Origin: Azolla caroliniana
Lineage: Eukaryota; Plantae; Polypodiophyta
Direction of reading: 5' to 3'
DNA: 64,000 nucleotides
NCBI GenBank assembly: GCA_043228905.1
Contig: JBHGNT010000002.1
Span: forward strand, 12,090,001 to 12,154,000
Shown here: positions 51,601 to 62,726 of the stretch, piece after piece
Layout: every line of letters starts with the position of its first letter
Numbering within the stretch: position 1 is the first letter of the stretch
The notes under the pieces: model-generated
The model's input: only the letters and a program-made list of their open reading frames with translations
Told to the model about the DNA's origin: nothing
Database searches by the model: none
Position numbers and translations under genes: made by a program

Positions 51601-52732
51601 CTTCTTTGTTGTATACAATACGACTTTTTGCTTTGAGTCGACGTATTGCATACACCATTCCTTGTCCGTTAGATCACGGTCAGGAAGGTCTTCACCTCTA
51701 GTAGCTGCTACAAGTTTCTTTTGGCTAACGTCAATGTGTGGTTGAGATTTTGACTCCTTGTTGAAGAGAAGCTTTTTTCCTCTCTTCATGGACTCGGGAG
51801 CTACTAGGGTCTGTGTTTCGATTGGAGAACCCTGTATGCAAAGCTTTATTTTCTTCATGGGTCGGTCCGACAAGTTCTCAAACGACCTATTTAAGAAAGT
51901 ACATGTGAAAACATAAGTTAGGTGGTCACGTAGATTAAGGTTGTATATTAAAATATAAATAAGTAGACGAAGCAATACACTAGCAGACGATTAGTGGTGA
52001 ACTATAAATATCAATCATGCATTCAGGGTACATGGTAGTCCTATATTCAAAAATCTATTCTAGTAAGGGCTATTCAACTTAGAAAATATATATCGTAATA
52101 AGTATACAAGGTTATATATTGTCTTGAAGGGCAGGTATGACTTATATTGATTCCGTAACCATATTGTAGATAATTTGCATATGATAGACTAGAGATTGGT
52201 ATCGTAAAGGTAATTTGTGGGTTATTTTCTACTATTTTAAGCTATAGTAGGTCATAAAACACCTATAAAGACTGATTTTGACAGACAGTTTGATATCTTT
52301 TCCACACAATACTAAATTGTTGCCCCAAAAACACAATATTCCTCTTTCAGGGTCTTCTTTTATTCAGGAACTCGATACGCCGTATCGAGTTCCTGTTTAA
52401 AACGCTAACATAATCCAAGAACTCGACACACCGTATCGAGTTCCTATTTTAAACACAAATATTGCACAGGAACTCGATACGCCGTATCGAGTTACTGTTT
52501 AAAAAGCAAAGAGAATAGAGGAACTCGATATGCCGTATCGAGTCCCTGTTTTAAAAGCAAAGAAAATAGAGGAACTCGATACGGCGTATCGAGTTCTTGT
52601 TTAAAGAGCAAAGAAAAAATAGGAACTCGATACGGCGTATCGAGTTCTTGAGTGAAAAAACATATTTACATAAATGACCACAGTGTCAAAGGCCTACCTG
52701 GAGTCCTGGCGCTCGATTCTCTTTGAAGACAT
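48659..52732 (-). pseudogene. Six-exon ParB/Srx-like domain plus beta-class N6-adenine/N4-cytosine DNA methyltransferase gene (transposon cargo)
   Basis: Phase-consistent GT-AG exons 52732-52698, 51886-50251, 50174-50036, 49952-49486, 49397-49103, 49011-48659. Motifs in order: YFVIGGSHSAEARRQL (ParB-like), VVCGDVVDLIQKVP..YTLMIADIP*G (motif IV), LAWIKTN, NPYQKP, RLIKMFSIEGDWILDLFSSTGTTSACALKLFRNTVALEKD (motifs I-II). Lesions: +1 near 51460, TAA 49680-49682, +2 near 49180. Confidence 0.88.
52366..52649. repeat. Array of six 29-bp palindromes at an exact 51-bp period, in intron 1 of the methyltransferase gene
   Basis: AGGAACTCGATACG(C/G)CGTATCGAGTTCCT units start at 52366, 52417, 52468, 52519, 52570 and 52621, separated by 22-bp A-rich variable spacers. 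Confidence 0.97.
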
Positions 52733-53586
52733 GGTTTATCTTGTGGTAGTGGAGGCGGAGATGACGCTTACGTGCTTCGTGCTCTGTGTGGTTTGTGTGG
52801 TTTGTGTGCTCTGTTTGCTTTGTGTGCTCTTGTATGCTCTTGTGTGCTCTTGTGAGTGAAATATGACGAGGTCTTCCTATTTATAGTGATTGACCACAGT
52901 GGTTAAAGTAACCATAGTCACCTTAACCAAGGTTGGTAAGTTTGAGGTTAGTTAGTTGGTAACCACAATCACATTAACTAGAGTAACTTATGATTGCATT
53001 AATGATTATAAAGTCAAACTAAAATATTGATGAATCTTTTATAGTCATAACAACTTACAATGACTTTAAAGGTCATGAAGGAGACAATGATAGAGGTTCA
53101 TGAATGTACCAATGATTGATTACTAAAAGCAACATTTTTATGACTCTCAATTGTTGTGTATTAAAGATGTGGGCATGAATAAACCAATGATTGATAAGTC
53201 TAATATTTACAATGGTGAGCATTAATGAACCAATGATTGAGAAGTTCTATATCAAATATGAGTGCCATTAATTAGCCAATGATTTTAACTTTAATCCAAC
53301 ATATTTATGGCTTGGTAATGATTGGATTTATATTATACTTGATTTAACTTCATATAGACCTAGTTTAAATAATTATTGATATTTTAAATACAATTACTAT
53401 ATTAAAAATAATATTTTTATGTATTGTATTAATATAATATTAAATAATATAGACATTATATTGAGGGAGTTTTTGTTTAGAGAGAAGTTTATGTTTAGAG
53501 AGGAGTATATGTTTAGAGAGGAGCTTACTAGTTTTTTGCCTTAGCCTAAGCACATAACTTACAGAGCCCTATCTAGACCTTAAGCC
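52733..53586. promoter_or_regulatory. Putative bidirectional promoter region of the DNA transposon
   Basis: Minus-strand TATAAATA at ~52878-52885, about 150 bp upstream of the MTase ATG. AT-rich block 53340-53460. CAATGATTG at 53110, 53185 and 53231. Confidence 0.5.
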
Positions 53587-56293
53587 ATGAGTGAAGATTC
53601 ACCGTTCTCGATTGAAGAATATTGTTTGTCATCAGACTCATCGTTTTCTACTGAAGAGTATTGTTTGTCGACAGACTCACCATATTCTATTGAAGAATAT
53701 TGTCTGTCGACAAACTCACCATATTCTATCGAAGAATATTGTCTGAGCTCATCTTCACCAACAGGGAATGTAAATAATGACACATGTGAAGAGTTCTCTA
53801 TTGAAGAATATGATATTAATAAAGATACGGAGAATGAAGGTAGTGCCAATGAAACATCGAATAACATTGGCGATGGTCACAACAAAGAATTAGATTGTAA
53901 CAAGGTTACACCAACCTCTTTGCAGGAAGAGAAATCTGGAAGCCCTATGCATATTAGAAGAATCCCACGAAGAATTCGTCTGGCTAGATTTAGCTTGGTG
54001 ACATTAGATAAACAGATTGGATTTGATGTCAAAAAAATATATTGTGCCCGTGGTTGTATGTCTATGATTGGAAAATCAAAGTTGCAAGAATTAAGGCGAT
54101 ACTATTTTTTGATGACTGGTGATGAGCAAGACACTTACCTCGAGTCACATATGCAACTAGTATCTGACAAATGTACGGGGATCAAAGTATCATTCGAGTA
54201 TTATATCTTCCATGCGCAACAGATATGTAGAGTTGCATTCAAAATTGCGTTATGTGTTAGTAACATGCGGCTACATAGAGTACCTCAATTGTAAAGAGGT
54301 TCCAAGTATGAAAGGTGCAATTGGAAGACATGTTATTGGTTGGATGAAAAGTTACTTTCAGTTCAATTGTGAAGTAATGCCCACTACATGTAGGATGCAC
54401 CTTTCTGATAATTATACACGTCGGGAAGTTTATGATGTCTATCGATCTGATATGGTGGGCTCACGTAATAAGTCTATCACCTATAGCCAATTCACAAGAT
54501 TATGGAGAGCTCGGTTTTCAAATGTTATCATTCCACGTAAAGTACGCATGGGGTATTGCTCCATTTGTGCAAATCTTAAAAGTTTGGCTAAAGGTCCAAA
54601 GACATCAATGGAAAAGGATATGATTAAGAAGTTACTACAAGAGCATCGTGAGGCACAATCGTTAGAACGAAAGAAGGCAATGCATCATAGAGAGAAGTGT
54701 TTGAAGAGGCCCGAACAATACATGTGCTTAATGATAGATGGCATGGACCAGAAGAAGACGTGCTTGCCGCATATGCGGAGGCTCCCCAAAGATGTCAATG
54801 ATGAGTGCCTTGTTCAAATGCACTTGGTGGGATGTTTGGCTTATAATAGGTCTGTTGGACCTAACGTCTTCATTACATACCCCAATGTTCACAATGACCC
54901 TAACCTAACAGTTACAGTGATTCACCGAGTTTTGATGTCTTGGGGCCAACCTTTCCCCCCTGTTCTATACATTCAATTGGACAATACTGCTAGAGAGAAC
55001 AAAAATTCAACTGTGTTTGGCTATCTAAGTATGTTGGCCAACCAAGAATTGTTTAGGAAAGTGAAAGTCAATTTTCTTTTGGTTGGCCACACACATGACC
55101 ATATAGATCAGATGTTTAGCACATTCTCCAGACAATTGTCTTGGCATGATGCGCCCAAAAGTGTTACACTTGAAGGAGGTATATGACTTTAAGAGATATA
55201 TATCAGATGGGGGTGGTGGGAATGTTAAAGTGCTTGCTCAGTTAAACAATATAAGTTTCAATCACATTTTTATGATAAAGAAAAATGGAACAAGTGGTTC
55301 TACACTTTTGTATCCTAAACAATATTCATCTTCTACAACATGGGAACCTGAAGGTGGTTGCCAGTTATTACTTTGTATGCCAAGTACAATTGTCCATGGA
55401 GCTAAGAAAATGCCAATTGAGAAGAAAGGACAGTTGCAGAGTGTCTTGGTATCGGAACAAAAACGGTCATGGCTCCAAGCCTTAGAAGAAAAAAGAAAGC
55501 ATATTGAGGCCGCCAAGAAATATGCCGCACAATAAGACACGTCATGGTGGGATGTATTTTTTAGTGATCAGAAAGGAATTATAGACAATTGTGTATTTTG
55601 TGATAATTGGAATTTGGAAACGCCATTCACATGGTCGCTGCAACATGATCGTGTAAATAGAACTCCGGAGCAACCAACAAATGTGATTAATGACAGCTTG
55701 GTCCATCCACAACAAAGAGACATTTATGTGGGACCAAGGATGACCAAAGCAGCCGAAGCTATATGGCAAGGCAATTTGCAAGAGCTCACCGCGGGGATGT
55801 TGATTGCAATGCCAGCTGATAAGAACTCACATGGCCACCAATTTTGGGTTGGTAAAATTCTAGAAGTGCTAATGCATGAAATAGAAAACACGATCAAGTC
55901 TATAAATGTTCATTGGTACAACACTAGAAGTGCAAATGCTTTTACAGGTAAGTATACATTGGAGATGATTGAATGCCCAACAAGAAGGGGAGGTAGGAAG
56001 AGGAAGCGAAACATTCGTAACACCTCGACCCTTGATATCTCTGATGTGGATATCATCGTGTACGACTCACGCTTACAAAAGCCGGACGATTAAGGAAGTC
56101 AACAATAGATATAATAAAAGAAAAATTACCAGGTCTACAAGGTGGCTCGAGTCAAAGGCAAACGAGATCTGCTACATATAATCTAGAGTCAAACCATTTG
56201 GTTTATGACGAAGATAATGCACTGATTGGTACATTCGAGGATGACGAGGAGGAATCGTCATTGTATAGTAGTTATAGTAGTGATTCTCCATAA
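53587..56293 (+). pseudogene. Sola-like DDD transposase, disrupted
   Basis: CSIC motif, then LMIDGMDQKK, LYIQLDNTARENKN and FLLVGHTHDHIDQMFS, giving three candidate catalytic Asp residues. Frame breaks near 54290, 55150 and 56065; in-frame TAA at 55533; final stop 56291-56293. Confidence 0.8.
53596..53748 (+). repeat. 36-bp coding tandem repeat x4 (DSP(F/Y)SIEEYCLS) at the transposase N-terminus
   Basis: Visible in ORF 53587-54294 and in the DNA. Confidence 0.9.
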
Positions 56294-57425
56294 AGGAGTG
56301 ATCATGAATGTATATTTGGCTATTAAGTGTAACTACATTCCGCTTGTAACAAATCGAGTAATATAAAAGCATGTGTTTTGAATTCTTATGATTTCTAAAA
56401 AATCTTTTCTTATAAAATAACATTGGTTGTAAAGTTTGTGATATAAATTGAGAATGTAACTTTTTGAAATTCGTCTTCTTTTAGTTACTTCTAAATCACG
56501 AAAACAATGGGTTTTTAACCTTTTTCATAGTATGTTTGAACATGTATGATACTGGTATCAATGTGTTTTGTAAAATCATTGAAAAAGCCCTAAAATCAAC
56601 CAAAATTTCCCTTATCCTTCCATTTATGCGCGATCCTTCCACTTGTGAACGTGAACGTGTTTCAACCCATAGAAACTCCTTTTGAGCTTACAAACCATCT
56701 TCTCTTTGCCTTTAGCCACAAAACCTTCAGGCTACTGCATATATATGTCTTCATGTAGATTGCCATGTAAAAAGGCGGTCTTCACATCCATCTGTATAAC
56801 CTCCATATCATCCGTTGCAACTAAGCCCAAAATGATTCTTAATGTAGTCATCTTGACTACAGGCGAGAAGATCTCATCAAAATCAACTCCATATTCCTGC
56901 TTGTATCCTTTTGCAACCAATCTTGCTTTGTACTTTGGTGAGGAATCAGAAATGACCTTCATTTTATAAACCCATTTGCATGGAAGTGTTTTCTGCCCTT
57001 TAGGCAACTACACCAAATCCCAAGTGTCATTTTTCTCAAGAGATTCCATCTCTGACAACATGGCTTTATACGATTTCTTATTGTCATGTCTGTCCATTGC
57101 TTCCTTGCAGCAAGTCGGTTCGCCACAATCAGTTACCATGACATAATCAGCCACACTATTTGCATCAGGAATAAATCTATCAAGCTGTCTAGTAACTCTA
57201 GATGATCTCCTAGCTCAATGCTCATTGTTTGGTAGCTGTTGAGCCTCCAAATCATCATTTTCAACTTGTTGTCTAGGCATTTCAACCTGCAAATCAGCAT
57301 TAACAGCTTGTTGTTCTAGCCATTCCTGCACATTTGGTGGCTCATCATTATTGGCAAAGGTTGACTGATCATTTTCAACCTCATTTTCTGCATTTGCAGT
57401 TAAGTTTACTGTAGGTGTTTGCTGT

Positions 57426-60400
57426 TGTCAAGATTCGAACTCTTGACATGACCATGTTATAATATAGTATCATGGGTTACCCAATATATCTAGTACACAG
57501 TTATGTATGTAATTGGTCCTTATTGTTTTGCTAGCATCATATGCATAGTTCCTCCCTTGTAGTATTTACACTTGGCACATGCATGGATACCTACATGCTC
57601 TATTGTAGATTCACATGCGTGCAACAAGTATGCATGCCATGTGGTATAAATAGAGGAGTTCACCTTGAAGGAATTCAAGGTGAACAACACCAGTTATGGA
57701 GTCTTTCCATTAATACTACTCATCCATTTGTCTATCTTCTTTCTTGTCTCTTGAGCTTATGATCTATCTGTGACAGTTTGTTCACCTTCCCATCCTCGTA
57801 GCTCTCCCTCTCATAAGCCATAGTTATACATCTGACTCAACTAGTGAGTTAGGCCAAATAATGGTAGCCTTACAACAACTCCAGCTTGAAAATGAAGCTC
57901 TTTGAAATTCTTTACAAGAACTTCAAGTCGGTGCCTCCCTATCCTCACAACCCCCGAAGCCTAGTCTCCCACAACAACCTAGCCTAGAGCCCAATCTTCT
58001 ACCAACATCTAGCCTAGCTTCGTCGCATTTTCTTGAGCCTAAGGTTAGCCTCCCAGAAAAATTTGATGGAACGAGGTCGCGTTTCCGAGGGTTCATCAAC
58101 CAAGTTCAACTTATCATTCGGCTACAACCTCAACGCTATGGAGATGGTCTTCGACAAGTCGGCCTTGTGGGCACCCTTCTCTCCAATCCGGCCCAAGCTT
58201 GGTTTGCACCATTGGTAGAAACCTCTTCACCTCTATTGGTGGACTTTCCCGCCTTCCTCGCCGAGTTAGAGGCCACATTTGGAGAGACGGACCGACAACG
58301 TACAACTCTTAACAAGATTTATGCACTTGAACAAGGTTCGCGTGCAGCTTCGGTCTATGCTTCAGAATTTCGACAACTAGCATGCGACGTCAATTGGGAT
58401 GATCAAGCTTTAGTTGATCACTTTCGGCGCGGCCTTCGAAGAAATGTCAAGAATCTTCTCTTAAACTTTCCGGAGCCCACCTCGTTATCCCAAGCGATTT
58501 CACAAGCAGTCCATTGTGACAATCGTCTATTCGAATTTCGCCAGGAAGAGCGTCGTACTTGGGTTCCACCTCATTCACTTCCACGACACGCCCCGGTCAT
58601 ACAACCTCAACCATACCCCCCACCAACTGCGTCACACTCCCCTACTTTGGCAGATGCTCCCGTCCCCATGGAAATTGATCAAGCCCGATTTCGGCCATTG
58701 ACTGATGCCGAACGACAATTTCGGCGGGCTTATGGCTTGTGCATGTATTGTGGCGCCTCCGGTCATGTCGTTCGCCATTGTCCTAGGAGTAATCGCCCAA
58801 AATTCTATCGAGCTAACGGACCCCACCATCCGGAAAACGACATCATTTGGTTGTAGTAGGAGCCATGCAACTGGACATCTCCCCTCGCCCACATTCTCTT
58901 GGTTCCATTGCCGGACTATCAGGCAATTTCACATTCGAGGTATGGATTTCATTTAACTCTAGTTCCATTCAGTCTATTGCTTTACTTGATTCTGGGGCAT
59001 CTTCTTGCTTCATTGACATCATGTTTGCCCAAGCACATGGCGTACCTGTCGTTGGCCTCTCAAAACCCATTCCCGTTGAAGCCATCGACGGGTGCGTCCT
59101 CTCGTCAAGTGCAATTACTCAATCTACAATCCCATTAGGGCTTTGTGTGGGCTGACACCAGGAGGAGCTCGCCTTTTACCTCATCGCATCTCCTTGACAT
59201 CCGATCGTCTTAGGACTAACATGGTTGGAGGCTCACAATCCAATAGTGGATTGGTGCAACCGCTCGATCACATTTAGCAAGCCAGGATGCTCGTGCAAAA
59301 GTATGAAGGTAAATTCAGTTTCCCATCCTTCGAAGAAGGTCGATTCCGATTTGACTACCCCATCATCGGTCCAGGATGGGTTTGTTTGTGGCATCGTTTC
59401 TAACACACTCCATGTTATTCCTGACAAATACCAACACTTCTCTAACGTATTTGAAAAATGTAATGTTGATTGTTTGCCTGAACACCGGCTCTACGACTGT
59501 CCGATTGATCTTCAAGAAGGTGCGTGTCCACCCTTTGGTCCTCTATATGCGTTGTCTGCACCAGAGTTGAAGGCCCTTCGTGTGTATCTCGATGAGAACC
59601 TCGAGAAAGGATTTATTCAACCTTCTAAGTCACTAGCCGGGCCCCCCATTTTATTTGTGAAGAAGAAGGACGGCTCTCTACGCTTATGCATCGACTACCG
59701 AGGTCTCAAAAAACTCACTCTACGCAACTGCTATCTGCTACCTCTAATCCCCGAACTCCTTGATCGGCTCCGAGTTGCGCGTGTCTTCTCCAAAGCTTAT
59801 CTGCATGGAGCGTACAATCTAGTACGCATCAAGTCGGGGGATGAATGGAAAACCGCATTTCGAACACGGTATGGGCATTTCGAATACAAGGTAATGCCTT
59901 TTGGTCTTACTAACACTCCAGCAGTTTTTCAACATATGATGAACGATATATTCCGGGAATATATTGATCATTTTGTTGTCATTTACCTCGATGATATTCT
60001 CATTTTCTTGCCAAACATGGAGGAGCACACTCGCCAAGTCCGATTAGTTCTTGCCAAACTTCGCGAGCATGGCCTTTATGCCAAAGGCGAGAAATGCGAG
60101 TTCGACCGTACCTCGATCGAATTTCTGGCCTACATCATCTCGCCCACTGGCATCACCATGGATATGAAGAAGGTCTCTGTCCTTCAGGCGTGGGGCGACT
60201 CCAAGGCGACTTAAAGATGTGCAATCCTTCCTCGGCTTCGTGAATTTTTACCGTCGCTTCATCAAGGGGTTTTCCACCCTAGCACAACCTCTTATCGCTC
60301 TCACCCATAAAGGCACTCCATTTTTATGGACCTCGGAGGCGCAAAATGCGTTCGACTCACTCAAACACGCATTCATCACTACCCCAGTGTTGCTACATGC

Positions 60401-62726
60401 CGACCCCACAAAACCCTTCCAAGTCGAAACCGATGCCTCTGACTTCGCCATTGGTGCCATCTTATCCCAGGCAGACGACACCAACCTAATGCACCCAGTG
60501 GCTTACTACTCCCAGAAATTCACGGCATCCGAAAGCAATTATCCCATATACGACAAGGAGCTTACTGCTATCATTGTTGCCTTTGAAGAATGGTGACCCT
60601 ACTTGGCCGGCGCACAACATCGTGTCCAGGTAGTGACTGATCATAAAAATTTAGTTTATTTTTCCACCACTCGTACTTTGAATCGAAGGCAGGCCCGTTG
60701 GTCGACATTTCTCGCTGACTACGATTTTGAGATCGTATTTCGACCTGGTGACCAACATGGGAAGGCCGATGCCCTTTCTCGCCAAGTTAACCTTGCACTC
60801 CGCCCTAGGGATGCTACTTATGCTCAACAATCTAGACGTTTGTTGAAACCCGACCAATTTCATCTTTTTGCCACTTGTATGTTGCAGGATGATTCATTAC
60901 TCCAACAGATCACTGATGCATCCAAGACCGATGCATTCGCCAACGAGATTCGAGATAGTCTGCAAAACCCCTCCAAGGCGACCAAAAGGAAGGATCTTGA
61001 CACCTTCACCATATAAGAGGGTTTTTTGTTCCAAGATCATCTCTTATACGTCCCAGAGGGCCCATGTCACACCGAGTGTTGCGGGAATGCCACGATGACC
61101 CACTTGCAGGCCATTTCGAGGTGGCGAAAACCCTCGAGCTACTCTATCGGGGGTATTGGTGGCCACAACCATGGAAGTTTTTCAAAGAATACATAAAGAG
61201 TTGTGAGGTTTGTGCTTGCTCCAAAGCCATTCATCATCGGCCATACGGCTTACTACAGCCGCTTCCATGTCCTCGTCGTCCTTGGGCCTCTATCTCTATA
61301 GACCTGATAACTAATCTACCCTTGGTCAATAGCTATGACTCGGTGTTGGTCGTTGTCGATTGGTTTACAAAGATGGCTCATTTCACTCCATGCTCCAAAA
61401 CCATTTCCGGAGAAGGAATGGTGCATCTACTACTCAACAATGTGGTACGCTTGCATGGACTCCCCGATGATGTCATCTCTGATCGCGGACCCCAGTTTGT
61501 CTCTCACTTCTGGCAACGCCTGCTACAAACTTTAGGCATCTCTGTCAAGTTGTCATCCGCTTATCAACCCCAAACTGACGGGCAAACAGAGCGTGTCAAC
61601 CAAATCCTTGAGCAGTATCTTCGGTGCTCTGTTAGTTACCAACAAGATGATTGGGTCAACTTACTTTCGCTCGCGGAATTCGCCTACAATAATTCTCTCC
61701 ATGCATCGACTGGCGTCACTCCCTTCGTTCCCAACTATGGTTTACATCCTCGCTTCAACATTTCCCTTCCTACCACTTCCGTGAACCCTTCGGCGGATGA
61801 TCATGCTCGCATTTTGGAAGAACTACATCATGATTTATCCTTGGAGCTTAGTCTTGCTAGTGAATGATACAAGCAGCAGGCTGATTGCCATCGATCTGCC
61901 ACTCCACACTTTGTCATTGGAGACATGGTCTAGTTGTTACGTCGACACATCTCTACTACTCGTCCATGTGCGAAACTTGATTACAAGAAGTTGGGACCAT
62001 TCCGTATCATCGAGTGCATCAATTTCGTCGCCTTTCGGCTCGCCCTTCCATCCCACTTCCGGATTCATGATGTTTTTCATGTCTCCCTCCTCGAACCCCA
62101 TTATGCTTCACAACTCCCAGGACGTCAGGCCCCTCCACCACCACCTGTGCAATTGACGACAGGGGAGGAATACGAGGTCGACCAAATCCTTGACTCGCAT
62201 TGGCACCGTCGACACTTGCAATACCTTGTCCTATGGAGGGGTTACCCCATTTCTGAGGCCACGTGGGAACCATCGGAAAATTTACAAAATGCCCCAAAGG
62301 TCGTCCAAGATTTTCATCACCGATATCCCCACAAACCAGCGGCCGATTTGGGAAGGCAGCATCGGAGGGGGGATAATGTCAAGATTCGAACTCTTGACAC
62401 GACCATGTTATAATATAGTATCATGGGTTAACCAATATATCTAGTACACAGTTATGTATGTAATTGGTCCTTATTGTTTTGCTAGCATCATGTGCATAGT
62501 TGCTCCCTTGTAGTATTTACACTTGGCACATGCATGCATATCTACATGCTCTATTGTAGATTCACATGCGTGCAACAAGTATGCATGCCATGTGGTATAA
62601 ATAGAGGAGTTCACCTTGAAGGAATTCAAGGTGAACAACACCAGTTATGGAGTCTTTCCGTTAATACTACTCATCCATTTGTCTATCTTCTTTCTTGTCT
62701 CTTGAGCTTATGATCTATCTATGACA
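57426..62726 (+). mobile_element. Full-length Ty3/gypsy chromovirus, Tcn1-like, with multiple stops
   Basis: 350-bp LTRs 57426-57775 and 62377-62726 (about 8 substitutions by eye); TSD GCTGT/GCTGA; PPT GGAGGGGGGATAA. Gag PEKFDG and CMYCGASGHVVRHC, protease LDSGAS, RT YLDD, RNase H TDAS, integrase SDRGPQF, chromodomain EYEVDQILDSH..YLVLWRGYPISEATWEP. Confidence 0.95.

Larger units (their letters stand above)
47860..56661. mobile_element. 8.8-kb TIR DNA transposon, Sola-like, with two divergent genes
   Basis: 36-bp TIRs 47860-47895 and 56626-56661 (31/36 identical; consensus AACACGTTCGCGTTCACAAGTGGAAGGATCGCGCAT). TSD TCAA 47856-47859 and 56662-56665. Removing the element restores copia RT YGLKQAP in frame. 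Confidence 0.92.

Noticed and set aside
52366-52649. CRISPR array (palindromic repeats with constant-length spacers)
   Set aside because: The spacers are only 22 bp, A-rich and related to each other. No cas genes are present and the array lies in a spliceosomal intron of plant DNA.
48659-52732. Bacterial contamination as the source of the methyltransferase
   Set aside because: The gene has five phase-consistent GT-AG introns and lies within TIRs whose TSD interrupts a plant copia RT.
47860-56661. Classification as CACTA, Kolobok, hAT or Mutator
   Set aside because: The ends are not CACTA. An 8-bp TSD reading (TGTTTCAA) makes the TIRs asymmetric. RR/YY ends with a TTAA-like target would fit Kolobok, but the DGMD / DN..ENKN / GHTH..ID motifs look Sola-like. 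The assignment stays provisional without a profile search.
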